Of a stretch of 64,000 bases of DNA, positions 46,817 to 56,380 are shown piece by piece. The position numbers were made by a program, and so were the translations under genes. The stretch spans positions 2,018 to 66,017 of the forward strand of contig JACOWS010000004.1 of the NCBI GenBank assembly GCA_016176685.1, in the 5' to 3' direction. This stretch comes from Patescibacteria group bacterium. GTDB taxonomy: Bacteria; Patescibacteriota; Minisyncoccia; Phycocordibacterales; SBAW01. The notes below the pieces were generated by a model that ran no database searches, was not told where the DNA came from, and was given only the letters and a program-made list of their open reading frames with translations. How positions within the stretch are numbered: the stretch's first letter is position 1; each line of letters starts with the position of its first letter.

Positions 46817-49180
46817 ATGCACTCACGACTCGTTTCGTGGTCGCGATGGCTGTACCTTGCCGGCATAGTGCTTGCACTGGTGCTCATCGTACCGACCGCG
46901 TGGTTCCCGTTCCAGTTAGGAAAAATAGCCGTCTTTGCCACCCTGCTTATGGTAGTGGTGGTGTTTTATGTGCTTGGCAGAGGGGTCCCCGACCTCTTGG
47001 AGACGCACGGCCTTAAGCTGGCGCTCTTGGCGGCACTCCTACCGCTCTCATACCTGGTGTCGATGTTTTTTTCGACCGATCGCGCGGTAGCATTGATTGG
47101 CTACGGGCTTGAAACAGATACCGTGCTCTTCGTCACGTTTGTGTTCCTTGCGTTTATTATTTCCTTCACGCTGTTTCGGACACTGCGTACGGCGCGTCTG
47201 CTGCTCTCGGTACTATTTGCGGCGCTCATTGCTGCGGTTATCTTCCAGTGGGTGGCGGTGGCGTTTGGCACGTCGGTACTGCCATTCTCGACTTTTGCCG
47301 ACCGCTCGGCAAACTTAATAGGCAAATGGAACGACCTTGGGCTCCTCGCGGGGCTCCTGGGCATGCTCATTTTGGTGTGGGGAGAATTTGCCCGCACCGC
47401 ACCTCTTCGGCGAGGGCTCGGTGTAGCCATGGCGGTTGGTGTTGCGGTGCTGCTTGGTATCATTAACTTTCCCTTGGTGTGGGGGATTATATTCGGCTTC
47501 TCTATTATCTTGGGGGTTACCGCATTCCTTATGCAGCACTCTTCCGGTGCTATTCAGCAAGAAGAGAAGCCAAACATCACCACCCCCCCAACCTCGTTGG
47601 TTGAGAAGGCTCCATGGTTTGCTGTTGGTGGTGCCATAGTGTCTCTACTGTTTTTGGTCTTTGGAGCCACTCTAAGCACCGGCCTTGCCAGCGTGTTCCC
47701 CGTGTCTTCTCTTGAGGTGCGTCCTTCATACAGTGCCACTCTCGACATCATCAACGACTCGCACAGCTCCGTAAAGCAATTGTTCGTGGGTACCGGGCCA
47801 AACACTTTTGGTGAGAACTGGATCATGTACAAGCCCCTGGCAGTTAACCAGACGCAGTTTTGGAGTCTCGACTTTAATGTGGGATTTTCCACCGTGATGA
47901 CCGCCCTGGACACGGTAGGATTCCTTGGAGCCATCGCGTGGCTCATCCCATCACTGCTTATCCTGGCCGGGCTCCTGCGGGCGGTACGGCTTGGGGTCTT
48001 AAGTCGCGAAGAGCGGTTTGTTGCCGCCAGTCTGTCTATTGCCGGATTGTTCCTTATGACCGCGGCGGTGTTGTATGTCCCGAGCCAAAACATACTGTTG
48101 CTTGCCTTCACGCTATCGGGAGCCGCGTTCGGGTTTTTGTGGCGGCAGGGGCGGTCGTCCGCCTCCACGGCCCACTTGCCGCAGTCGCTATTGTCGTTGT
48201 TTAATTCAGCGTTTGTTGCGCTCCTATTGCTTGCGGTCACGCTGTGGGCCGGTTACACCGCCGACCGCCGCTTTGTTGCGCAGGCTTTTGTGGGCCAGGG
48301 CTCGGCCGCCCTTAACCGGGGCGATGCCGACCAAGCTTTACGAAGCGCCGCGGCGGCGTATCGCGCTGATGCCGCAAACACCAACGCGACGCGGCTCATA
48401 CTGGGGGCAGGGGTCACCAAACTGCAGAATCTTGCAAACACGCCCACGCCGACGGCAGACACACAAACCGAATTTGCCAACACGGTGAGCCAGTCTATAG
48501 CGGCTGGACTAGAGGCCGCTTCGACCACCCCGCGCGACTACCGGCCGGTTTTTGCGCTCGGAAATGTGTATAACTTGCTTGCTTCGCTCAATGTGCAGGG
48601 AGCGTATGAAAACGCCCGCACTTTGTACCAAAGAGCCGTCGCGCTAAACCCCACAAACCCGGCGATAGAACTCTCGCTCGCGCGCCTTGAGGCCGTGCAG
48701 GGCAACAGCGACCTTGCGCGGCAACATATACAGAAGGCCCTCACTTTAAAGCCAAACTACACCGACGCAATACTTCTCGTAGTGCAACTTGAAGTGGCGA
48801 ACAATGATATACCCAGCGCCATACAGGCGGCCACAGCCGCCGCGCAGACAGCGCCCGGAGTCGCCCCTATATGGTTTCAGCTAGGACTCTTGTACTACTC
48901 CAATGGCGATATGGCAAAGGCTATACCTGCTCTTGAGAGGGCACTGTCTATTACTCCGGAGTATGCTAATGCCAAGTATTTCCTCGGGCTCTCTTACTAC
49001 GCGCAAAAGCGTACAGAAGATGCCACAAAACAGTTTGAAGACCTGCAAAAAACCAACCCGGACAATAGCGAAGTGCAGTTGGTCATCAGCAATATGGCCG
49101 CAGGCAGAGAACCGTTTGCAAGCTCCACTCCGCCACTCTCCCCACCGCAAGGGCGCACCTCCGCTCCCATACCCGAGTAG
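46817..49180 (+). CDS. Multi-TM protein (O-antigen ligase-like) with C-terminal TPR repeats
   Basis: About 12 TM, G.GP.TF, TPR motifs (YANAKYFLGL). Confidence 0.8.
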   Translation: MHSRLVSWSRWLYLAGIVLALVLIVPTAWFPFQLGKIAVFATLLMVVVVFYVLGRGVPDLLETHGLKLALLAALLPLSYLVSMFFSTDRAVALIGYGLETDTVLFVTFVFLAFIISFTLFRTLRTARLLLSVLFAALIAAVIFQWVAVAFGTSVLPFSTFADRSANLIGKWNDLGLLAGLLGMLILVWGEFARTAPLRRGLGVAMAVGVAVLLGIINFPLVWGIIFGFSIILGVTAFLMQHSSGAIQQEEKPNITTPPTSLVEKAPWFAVGGAIVSLLFLVFGATLSTGLASVFPVSSLEVRPSYSATLDIINDSHSSVKQLFVGTGPNTFGENWIMYKPLAVNQTQFWSLDFNVGFSTVMTALDTVGFLGAIAWLIPSLLILAGLLRAVRLGVLSREERFVAASLSIAGLFLMTAAVLYVPSQNILLLAFTLSGAAFGFLWRQGRSSASTAHLPQSLLSLFNSAFVALLLLAVTLWAGYTADRRFVAQAFVGQGSAALNRGDADQALRSAAAAYRADAANTNATRLILGAGVTKLQNLANTPTPTADTQTEFANTVSQSIAAGLEAASTTPRDYRPVFALGNVYNLLASLNVQGAYENARTLYQRAVALNPTNPAIELSLARLEAVQGNSDLARQHIQKALTLKPNYTDAILLVVQLEVANNDIPSAIQAATAAAQTAPGVAPIWFQLGLLYYSNGDMAKAIPALERALSITPEYANAKYFLGLSYYAQKRTEDATKQFEDLQKTNPDNSEVQLVISNMAAGREPFASSTPPLSPPQGRTSAPIPE

Positions 49181-49183
49181 CGC

Positions 49184-50866
49184 ATGGTAGGAGCCCTTAT
49201 GAGCATGGTGGGGCGCGAGATACGCGGTATGCACCATGCGGCATATGTGTTGGCCGGCTTTGCGCTTGGCTCGCAACTCTTGGCGCTGGTGCGCGACCGA
49301 CTGCTCGCGGCGCACTTCGGAGCCGGCCACACGCTCGACCTATACTATGCAGGATTCCGCATACCCGACCTGCTTTTTGCCACGGTGGCATCGCTCCTGT
49401 CGCTCTACGCACTCCTGCCGGTCTTATCAAAATTCGAAGCAGAGTCGCAGGGACAGATGGTGTCGTTTTTGCGGCACACTCTGCTCTTCTTTTTTGTGGC
49501 GATGGGAGTGATATCCCTGGTGCTTTTCTTCTTTGTGCCGAAGTTGGTCCTGTTGGTGGCACCGGGCTTAAGCGATGCGGCTTCGCGCGTCGACCTGGTG
49601 CCCTTGATACGCATACTCCTCTTGCAACCGATACTCCTGGGTGCATCAAATATTGTTGCGGCGTTGACACAGCTGCGGCATAGATTCCTTCTCTACTCGA
49701 TTTCGCCGCTCCTCTACAACGTCGGGATTATATTCGGCATCGTCGCCCTGTACCCGCGCTTTGGACTTGCAGGCCTGGGGTGGGGCGTAGTCCTGGGCGC
49801 GGCCATGCATTTTTTGGTCCAAGTGCCATTTTTTTCCGCCGAAAAGAGCGAGCACCTGCCCGCGCCGATTAGATGGAAAGGGCTCGCCCAGGTGCTCGCT
49901 CTTTCCGTTCCGCGCACGTTGGCGCTTGCGGCAGGTCAACTTTCTCTTTTGGCACTGGTGGCGCTTGCATCTCTCCTCTCACCGGGGTCTATAGCCGTGT
50001 TTATGTTCGCCTGGAACCTGCAAGCGGTTCCTCTTACCATCATTGGCGTATCCTACTCGGTTGCCGCCTTCCCGACGCTTGCAAGGTTCCACGCGTCCGG
50101 AGAGCGCGAAGCCTTCGTGGGCCACATTGAAGCGGCTTTGCGGCATATCTTTTTTTGGTCTATTCCTGCGATGGTCTTGGCGGTTGTTTTGCGGGCACAA
50201 TTGGTGCGCATCATCCTTGGAGCCGGAGCTTTTGACTGGGTGGCGACGCGCTTGACTGCCGCCGCTCTGGCGCTCTTTGTCCTTTCTCTTACGGCGCAGA
50301 GCGTGGTGCTTCTTTTTGCACGCGCCTACTACGCCGCCGGTAAGACAAAAACGCCGCTGGTGATGGGTATGGTGTCGGTTATTGTAACGGTGGCGAGCGC
50401 ACTCATACTCTCGTTCGGGTTCCACGCCAGCCAGTTTTGGAGATTTTTTTTGGAGTCGATTTTGCGCGTGTCCGATGTGGGAGGCACGACGGTCTTGATG
50501 CTTGCACTTAGTTTCACCATAGGGAGTTTGTTGCAGGCAACCGGTGCGCTACTATATCTAAAAAAAGAATTCCACATTTCCTACGCGGGCCTCTCGCGGC
50601 TTGCTTTCCAGAGTTTTAGCGCCGCGGTGTTGGGTGGCGCCGCCGCATACGGCGCGCTTGCCGCTGTCGGCCTTGTGGTTGATATAAACACCGTGGCCGG
50701 TATTACTACCCAAGGGGTCCTGGGAGGTATCGTGGGGCTTTTGGCGACAGGCGGCATGCTGTTAGCGCTCGGGAACCCGGAGATAGCCGAGGCATACGCT
50801 TCTATAAAACGGCGGTTTGAAGGGGAGCCTCAAGTGGCGCTGGAGCCGACGGACGTTTCGTCGTAG
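49184..50866 (+). CDS. murJ: Lipid II flippase MurJ
   Basis: L.LVRDRLLA..FGAG..LD.YYAGFRIPD, SPLLYN.GII, RAYYA. Confidence 0.9.
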   Translation: MVGALMSMVGREIRGMHHAAYVLAGFALGSQLLALVRDRLLAAHFGAGHTLDLYYAGFRIPDLLFATVASLLSLYALLPVLSKFEAESQGQMVSFLRHTLLFFFVAMGVISLVLFFFVPKLVLLVAPGLSDAASRVDLVPLIRILLLQPILLGASNIVAALTQLRHRFLLYSISPLLYNVGIIFGIVALYPRFGLAGLGWGVVLGAAMHFLVQVPFFSAEKSEHLPAPIRWKGLAQVLALSVPRTLALAAGQLSLLALVALASLLSPGSIAVFMFAWNLQAVPLTIIGVSYSVAAFPTLARFHASGEREAFVGHIEAALRHIFFWSIPAMVLAVVLRAQLVRIILGAGAFDWVATRLTAAALALFVLSLTAQSVVLLFARAYYAAGKTKTPLVMGMVSVIVTVASALILSFGFHASQFWRFFLESILRVSDVGGTTVLMLALSFTIGSLLQATGALLYLKKEFHISYAGLSRLAFQSFSAAVLGGAAAYGALAAVGLVVDINTVAGITTQGVLGGIVGLLATGGMLLALGNPEIAEAYASIKRRFEGEPQVALEPTDVSS

Positions 50867-50878
50867 TATGCAGTACCG

Positions 50879-52729
50879 ATGCAGCACATTAGAAACTTCA
50901 GTATCATTGCGCACATAGACCACGGCAAGTCGACGCTTGCCGACCGTTTTTTAGAGCTCACCCATACGGTGGAGCGGCGCAAGATGCGCGCCCAGGTACT
51001 CGACTCGATGGAGCTTGAGCGCGAGCGCGGTATCACTATCAAAATGCAGCCCGTACGGATGCTATGGCGGCCTGTCCAAGGGTTCCCCTTGGAAAATGGA
51101 CGGGAATACGAGCTTAACTTGATTGACACGCCCGGGCACATCGACTTTTCCTACGAGGTGTCTCGCGCGCTCTGCGCTGTTGAGGGCGCAATACTCCTGG
51201 TGGATGCGACCCAGGGGATACAGGCGCAAACCTTGACCACCTTGCGCAGCGCGCGGGAGTTGGGGCTCGCCATAGTACCGGCTGTTTCAAAAATAGACTC
51301 GCCGCTTGCTCGGGTCGACGAAGTGCGCGCCGAGCTCGCTTTACTGTTGGAAGTGCCAAAAGAGTCTGTGCTTATGTGCTCCGGCAAAACGGGGGAAGGG
51401 GTGGCCGAGCTTTTGCAGGCCGTTATAGAGCGCGTGCCGCCGCCAAGCACAACCAAAAGTCCTCAAGGCAACGCCTTAACACCCGGGCTCTCCAAGACGT
51501 CGCCTTTGGAAGTACGGGCGCTAGTTTTTGACTTTGAGTATTCCGACCACCAAGGGGTCATCGTGTATGTGCGTTTGATAGACGGGGCGATTGCAAAAGG
51601 CGATGTGCTTGAGTTTGTCGCTGGAGAAAAAAAGTTCCAGGCACTTGAGGTCGGAACCTTCTCTCCGACACCGATTCCGTGCAAGCAGCTCGATGCGGGC
51701 GCCATAGGGTATGTGGTCACCGGTATCAAAGAGCCGGGCGTTGCGCGCGTCGGAGATACCGTGCGCGCGTATGGTGCAAAAACCACTCCTCTTTCCGGGT
51801 TTGCGGTGCCGTCCCCGGTGGTGTGGGCGAGCGTCTACCCGGAGAGTCAGGACGATTTTGCGGGGCTCCGGCAAGCGCTTATGCGTTTGCACCTGACGGA
51901 CGCATCATTGTCGTTTGAAGAAGAGTCTTCGGGGGTGTTGGGGCGCGGATTCCGCATTGGACTTTTGGGGATGCTTCACCTAGAAATTGTGACCGAGCGC
52001 TTGTACCGGGAGTTTAACCTCTCGCTTGTGGTTACCACCCCCACTATAACCTACGAGGTCGAAACAAAGCGCGGCGAGCGCCGCACCGTTTACTCGCCGT
52101 CTTTGTTCCCCGAGTACGCCGACATCGCGCAGGTGTGGGAACCCATGAGCGCCGTGGATATAATACTCCCCGCAGAGTTCCTGGGAGCAGTCACGCCGCT
52201 CCTTTTTGCACACGAGGCGTCCATAGAGTCGACAGAAAACTTTTCAGAAGGGCGATTGGTGATACGGGCGCTCATGCCGCTGCGCGAGCTTATGCGAAAT
52301 TTTTTCGACAAACTTAAAAGCGCTTCCCAAGGCTATGCCTCCATATCGTATGCACTGCGCGAGCTGCGCCCTGCAGATGTGGTGCGTCTCGACGTGTTGG
52401 TGGCGGAGGAACAGGTCCCTGCTTTTACCCGTATTGTGACACGGCATCGTGCCTACGAAGAGGCCACTGCCGCGGTGGAAAAACTGTATAAGATACTCCC
52501 ACGCCAGATGTTTGCCGCCAAAATACAAGGTCAGGCATTGGGGCGCATTCTTTCATCAAAAACACTGCCCGCAATGAGTAAAAATGTTACCCAGCACATG
52601 TACGGCGGTGACAGGACCCGCAAAATGAAGCTTTGGGAGAAGCAAAAAAAGGGTAAAGCAAAGATGAAGGAGCGCGGCAAGGTCAATATCCCCGAGGAGG
52701 TTTTTTTGAAGATGATTAAGTCGGAGTAG
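50879..52729 (+). CDS. lepA: Elongation factor 4 (LepA)
   Basis: AHIDHGKSTLADR, ERERGITIK, DTPGHIDFSYEVSR, YGGD.TRK.KL.EKQKKGK. Confidence 0.97.
   Translation: MQHIRNFSIIAHIDHGKSTLADRFLELTHTVERRKMRAQVLDSMELERERGITIKMQPVRMLWRPVQGFPLENGREYELNLIDTPGHIDFSYEVSRALCAVEGAILLVDATQGIQAQTLTTLRSARELGLAIVPAVSKIDSPLARVDEVRAELALLLEVPKESVLMCSGKTGEGVAELLQAVIERVPPPSTTKSPQGNALTPGLSKTSPLEVRALVFDFEYSDHQGVIVYVRLIDGAIAKGDVLEFVAGEKKFQALEVGTFSPTPIPCKQLDAGAIGYVVTGIKEPGVARVGDTVRAYGAKTTPLSGFAVPSPVVWASVYPESQDDFAGLRQALMRLHLTDASLSFEEESSGVLGRGFRIGLLGMLHLEIVTERLYREFNLSLVVTTPTITYEVETKRGERRTVYSPSLFPEYADIAQVWEPMSAVDIILPAEFLGAVTPLLFAHEASIESTENFSEGRLVIRALMPLRELMRNFFDKLKSASQGYASISYALRELRPADVVRLDVLVAEEQVPAFTRIVTRHRAYEEATAAVEKLYKILPRQMFAAKIQGQALGRILSSKTLPAMSKNVTQHMYGGDRTRKMKLWEKQKKGKAKMKERGKVNIPEEVFLKMIKSE
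51465..51506. repeat. AAGG-N5-CCTT doublet inserted in frame in lepA
   Basis: AAGG CAACG CCTT aacacccgggctctcc AAGA CGTCG CCTT (QGNALTPGLSKTSPL). Confidence 0.8.
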
Positions 52730-52741
52730 CGGCTGTTAGAT

Positions 52742-52855
52742 TTAGATAAGGAGAGAAAAGGAGGCGAGTATCATGGAGATACTGACAGCAATACCCAGAA
52801 CCCACGCCACAATGCGGGTGTTGCGGTCCCTGTTTTTGCCAAATAAGCCAAACAT
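52742..52855 (-). CDS. Small single-TM protein (37 aa, below ORF-track cutoff)
   Basis: MFGLFGKNRDRNTRIVAWVLGIAVSISMILASFSLLI; basic N-terminus plus TM. Confidence 0.5.
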   Translation of the reverse strand: MFGLFGKNRDRNTRIVAWVLGIAVSISMILASFSLLI

Positions 52856-52878
52856 ATACAGCGTGTATACTACCATAC

Positions 52879-53274
52879 ATGCAGGACTTTCGTAAACCAA
52901 AACAGCGAGCTTTGAGGGTTTTTCGTGTCGCGATACGCAGTGTCGTCACTCTAGTACTTTTGGCGCTTGCGGTGGTGTCGGTACGCGCCGCATTTGGTAT
53001 GTACCAAACCTTTACCGTAGCCCTTGCCTCCGAGGAAGAAACCGCCAAAGAGCTTGCGATACTCAAGCAGCAGGAAACACAGATGGGGGCTGCGGTGGAG
53101 GGCCTTTTGACCGAGCGCGGGCTCGAGGCGCAGGTGCGCGCGCGGTACGGGTGGGGGAGGCCCGGGGAGGGGAAAATAGATGTGGTGAGAGACCCCGGGC
53201 TCTATGCCGAGGGTGGCCAGGCGCGGGGAGACAACGCCATAATCCGATTTTTCAAATCGCTGATAGGTTTATAA
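52879..53274 (+). CDS. Septum formation initiator (FtsB/DivIC-like)
   Basis: TM, coiled coil, L.T..G.E...R..YG...PGE..I. Confidence 0.75.
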   Translation: MQDFRKPKQRALRVFRVAIRSVVTLVLLALAVVSVRAAFGMYQTFTVALASEEETAKELAILKQQETQMGAAVEGLLTERGLEAQVRARYGWGRPGEGKIDVVRDPGLYAEGGQARGDNAIIRFFKSLIGL

Positions 53275-53290
53275 AAATGATGTTTTTGTG

Positions 53291-53361
53291 TGCGGAATGC
53301 GAGAATCGAACTCGCGCCTACTGCTTGGGAAGCAGTCATTCTACCACTAAACTAATTCCGC
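53291..53361 (-). tRNA. tRNA-Gly(CCC)
   Basis: GCGGAAT/ATTCCGC, ACTGC-TTCCCAA-GCAGT, GCGAG-TTCGATT-CTCGC. Confidence 0.95.
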
Positions 53362-53470
53362 CTTCGTCTCGCCGGAGCGAGACTTCGGCAAGGCGAGGCC
53401 CGCTGAAGTCCGCGAAGGCGGACTTGACAGCTATGCTATACTACAAGAAAGCTAATAATAATCATAACGT

Positions 53471-53713
53471 ATGGAAAAGAACGTCACCATATATTCAACA
53501 CCGACCTGCCACTTTTGCCACATGGCCAAAGAGTTTTTTAATGAAAAAGGGGTGCCGTTTACCAACTATGATGTGTCGGTAGACGCCGCCAAGCGCCAGG
53601 AAATGATCCAGCTCACCGGCCAGCTGGGCGTGCCGGTTATAGTTATAGACGGCGACCTGATGGTCGGTTTTGACCGCGCCAAACTCGCCGCCAAACTAGG
53701 GCTAGAGGCGTAA
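53471..53713 (+). CDS. Glutaredoxin-like (NrdH/YruB) protein
   Basis: YSTPTCHFC, TGQLGVPVI, GFD. Confidence 0.93.
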   Translation: MEKNVTIYSTPTCHFCHMAKEFFNEKGVPFTNYDVSVDAAKRQEMIQLTGQLGVPVIVIDGDLMVGFDRAKLAAKLGLEA

Positions 53714-53840
53714 ATAGAAAAAAGTAGAACCCCTCCAACAGAATTATGTTCCGCAAAAGGGGCTCACTCTAAAAGTAAGAGGGCGAGGGTTTTTAGTAAA
53801 GTACAGTATATTAAGTGCTATAGGTGTCGTTGTTGACTGT

Positions 53841-54038
53841 CTAAAACGATACCAGAAAACCGACCAAGCCAGCGGGTGAACGATGGATTTCGTCGGCACT
53901 AATGATGTCGTCCATCGATAGCACACTTTCTTCGGGGAGATTTCCCCAAACAAAAGAAATACGCTGTTTGTACCGGTCCTCATCCGTCATTTGTACAGTT
54001 CTGGCAACTTCAATGAGAGAAGTGAGTTCAGGATCCAT
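53841..54038 (-). CDS. Small hypothetical protein
   Basis: MDPELTSLIEVARTVQMTDEDRYKQRISFVWGN...; AGGAG SD upstream. Confidence 0.5.
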   Translation of the reverse strand: MDPELTSLIEVARTVQMTDEDRYKQRISFVWGNLPEESVLSMDDIISADEIHRSPAGLVGFLVSF

Positions 54039-54210
54039 GATTTTCTCCTGGGTGTTTATGCCGAACCAATTTCGGCACATACACCAAGAGAAAACCTCCA
54101 AATTGATATTACCACACAATGGCGAATGTCCATACGCCCTGGTATAAATTGTGCCCTCACTAGGAACCCACCTCGCCGAAGACGTCGAGTCGAGACGGGT
54201 CGAACCCAAG

Positions 54211-54282
54211 TGCCCCTGCCAAGAATCGAACTTGGATTCTCGCGTTAGGAGTGCGAAGTTCTATCCATTGAACTACAGGGGC
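54211..54282 (-). tRNA. tRNA-Arg(CCT)
   Basis: GCCCCTG/CAGGGGC, loop CTCCTAA, CCAAG-TTCGATT-CTTGG. Confidence 0.93.
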
Positions 54283-54322
54283 AGTAACAAAAATTTACCA
54301 CATTTGTGGTATAATTGCCTTT

Positions 54323-54616
54323 GTGGACCCGCAGATTGAAGAGTTAAAAGAGCTGGTGCGGCAAAACATCACGCTTTCGCAAGAGACAAACAACATCGTG
54401 CATGGCATGCGCAGTGCCGCGCGCTGGAGCCGTCTATTCCGCATGGTGTGGATCGTTGCAATACTTATTGCCTCCGGTGCGGCATATCTGTACTTTGCAC
54501 CCTACCTCGAGCAAATTATTGACCTCTACAACCAGGCGAGTGGGGCTTTGGAGCAACTGCGTGCATTTGGTGGACAAGCAACAAATGCTGTGCAAAACTT
54601 TACCCCTGGCCAGTAA
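54323..54616 (+). CDS. Hypothetical single-TM protein
   Basis: E.N.I...MR...RW, TM, PYL; TGGTATAAT 7 nt upstream. Confidence 0.7.
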   Translation: MDPQIEELKELVRQNITLSQETNNIVHGMRSAARWSRLFRMVWIVAILIASGAAYLYFAPYLEQIIDLYNQASGALEQLRAFGGQATNAVQNFTPGQ

Positions 54617-54622
54617 CTATAC

Positions 54623-54698
54623 GCTTGGGTAGCTCAGTTGGTAGAGCGCTTCCCTGAAGAGGAAGATGTCGCCGGTTCGAGCCCGGCCCCAAGCACCA
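54623..54698 (+). tRNA. tRNA-Phe(GAA)
   Basis: GCTTGGG/CCCAAGC, CTTCC-CTGAAGA-GGAAG, encoded CCA. Confidence 0.95.
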
Positions 54699-55170
54699 AG
54701 TAGGAAATTGCAAGGTGGAGCTCACCGCCGCGCAGGGCGCGGCGGCTCGCGCGTAGCCCAGCTTCGGGCTGAATTGGAATTGGCGATTTCGCTTTCGGGA
54801 AAAAGAAAATTTTAGACATACAACTCAGAAGCTCAAAAACCCTTGTTTTACAAGGTATTTTTGTATTTCAGCTTGTTGCCGCGACAACTATCGGCACGAC
54901 CGGGGCAACGCCGCGACATGGCACCGCCCCACCCAGAAGACAGGTCAGTTGAACTCCGCCGCGTGAGAACTGTATAAGCCCTCGACCTGGGCCTCTATAC
55001 AAAAACTCACCTTGGCGGTGTCCCCACGACGGAGGCATAGAGCCCTCGGGGACTAGACAGGGACAGGAAGTACCCAATCATCCATTCGTTTAGCCAGAGG
55101 TTCTGGCAACACAGGCCCGCTATCTCCAATGAGAAGCGGGCCTTACTACTTTCCGGCTTCTCGTATGCTA

Positions 55171-55199
55171 TTGACACGGCATTACACACATGATATTCT
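55171..55199 (+). promoter_or_regulatory. Sigma70-type promoter
   Basis: TTGACA-17 nt-TATTCT with extended TG. Confidence 0.75.
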
Positions 55200-55282
55200 A
55201 TTGGCCGGGTAGTTCAGGCAAGCGAATGAGGTTGATGTCAGGGGCCGCAGTCGCGGCTTCCACAGCTCCTAGGGAGCACGAA

Positions 55283-55570
55283 ATGAAAATTGTACGCGAC
55301 ATTTCCTACGACGGAATCGACCTTTGCAACCTCATACGCATCGCACCCGACGAACCGTTCTACGTCGACGAGCTCATCGCCATCGCGGAAGCCGTCGGCG
55401 CAACCTATATCGACCGTATAACGTATTACCGAACCCTTAAAAACGGCCAGGAAAACAAGACGACGGTCGAAACGAAATATTACGTCATCGAAATCACGGG
55501 CAGAGGACCTAAAAAATCCTACACTCGCGAACAACTGTGGGAGGCCTTGGCCACCTACAACGATGCGTAA
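55283..55570 (+). CDS. Hypothetical protein in accessory insert
   Basis: AGGGAG SD, own promoter and terminator. Confidence 0.6.
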   Translation: MKIVRDISYDGIDLCNLIRIAPDEPFYVDELIAIAEAVGATYIDRITYYRTLKNGQENKTTVETKYYVIEITGRGPKKSYTREQLWEALATYNDA

Positions 55571-55576
55571 CACCTC

Positions 55577-55610
55577 GGGAGCGGCAACAACCGCTCCCTT
55601 TCTCTTTTCT
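55577..55610 (+). terminator. Intrinsic terminator
   Basis: GGGAGCGG-caacaa-CCGCTCCC then TTTCTCTTTT. Confidence 0.8.
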
Positions 55611-55824
55611 ATTTTGAAAGAACAATTGTGTGCGCGAGACGCGCACTCGAACCTTTTTCGCCAAAGAAAAATTTGATATTGTCAGCGGAGCGGCTTCCCT
55701 CCTTCGCTAAAGCTACGGACGGGCAGGCGCCGCGTTCGGCATTTTGGAAGCCAGATGTGCCGCGCCGCCGCCCCCACTGGCGGCGCTGGTTCGCGCTATT
55801 TCAAGTATTCTGCACAACGAACGG

Positions 55825-56358
55825 TTAATTCGACCTTACTTTGAGTTTTGCGTGGCGGCCTTTGTCGAGTTTAGGGAGTCTAATGGTAAGCAAGCCATGC
55901 TTCTCGGAGGCTTCGGCCTCCTCAATTTCTACCTCCTGCGGCAGCACGATAGTACGGGAAAAAGAGCCCCAGTACAATTCTTGAAAGAAGAAATCGTCCC
56001 CGCCGCCTTCAGTATGCTGCTCGCGCTTGCCGCGGATGGTAACCATGTCGCGGGTGAGAGAGACATCCAGGTCTTCCGGCCTGACACCAGCAATCATCGC
56101 CTTTATCACAATATGAGTCGGCGTTTGGTACACATCTACTGAAAGCTCTCCCTCAAGCTCTTCTGCGGGCTCGGAAAGGAGCGAGCCATTTGTTGTACCC
56201 GCCGATGCACTTCCGGTTTTGCCCTTTATATTGAGCGTACGGCTTTCCCCAACGGCAGGTGTGGCGCTCCCGCTCTCGAGGTCGTCAAAAGAAAAATCTC
56301 GCTCGGCACTGCCGCCACCCGTTAGCCAGTCGAAAAGAGATTTTTTGTTGCGAGCCAT
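55825..56358 (-). CDS. Hsp20/alpha-crystallin small heat-shock protein
   Basis: GELSVDVYQT, AGV.PEDL, WGSFSRTI.LP, GLL.I.LPK. Confidence 0.92.
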   Translation of the reverse strand: MARNKKSLFDWLTGGGSAERDFSFDDLESGSATPAVGESRTLNIKGKTGSASAGTTNGSLLSEPAEELEGELSVDVYQTPTHIVIKAMIAGVRPEDLDVSLTRDMVTIRGKREQHTEGGGDDFFFQELYWGSFSRTIVLPQEVEIEEAEASEKHGLLTIRLPKLDKGRHAKLKVRSN

Positions 56359-56380
56359 AGTAAATAGGTTCTAAAATATG

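Noticed and set aside
54868-55077. Minus-strand 69-aa ORF or tmRNA tag
   Set aside because: Non-ATG start, no recognisable motif, and no tmRNA tRNA-like ends.
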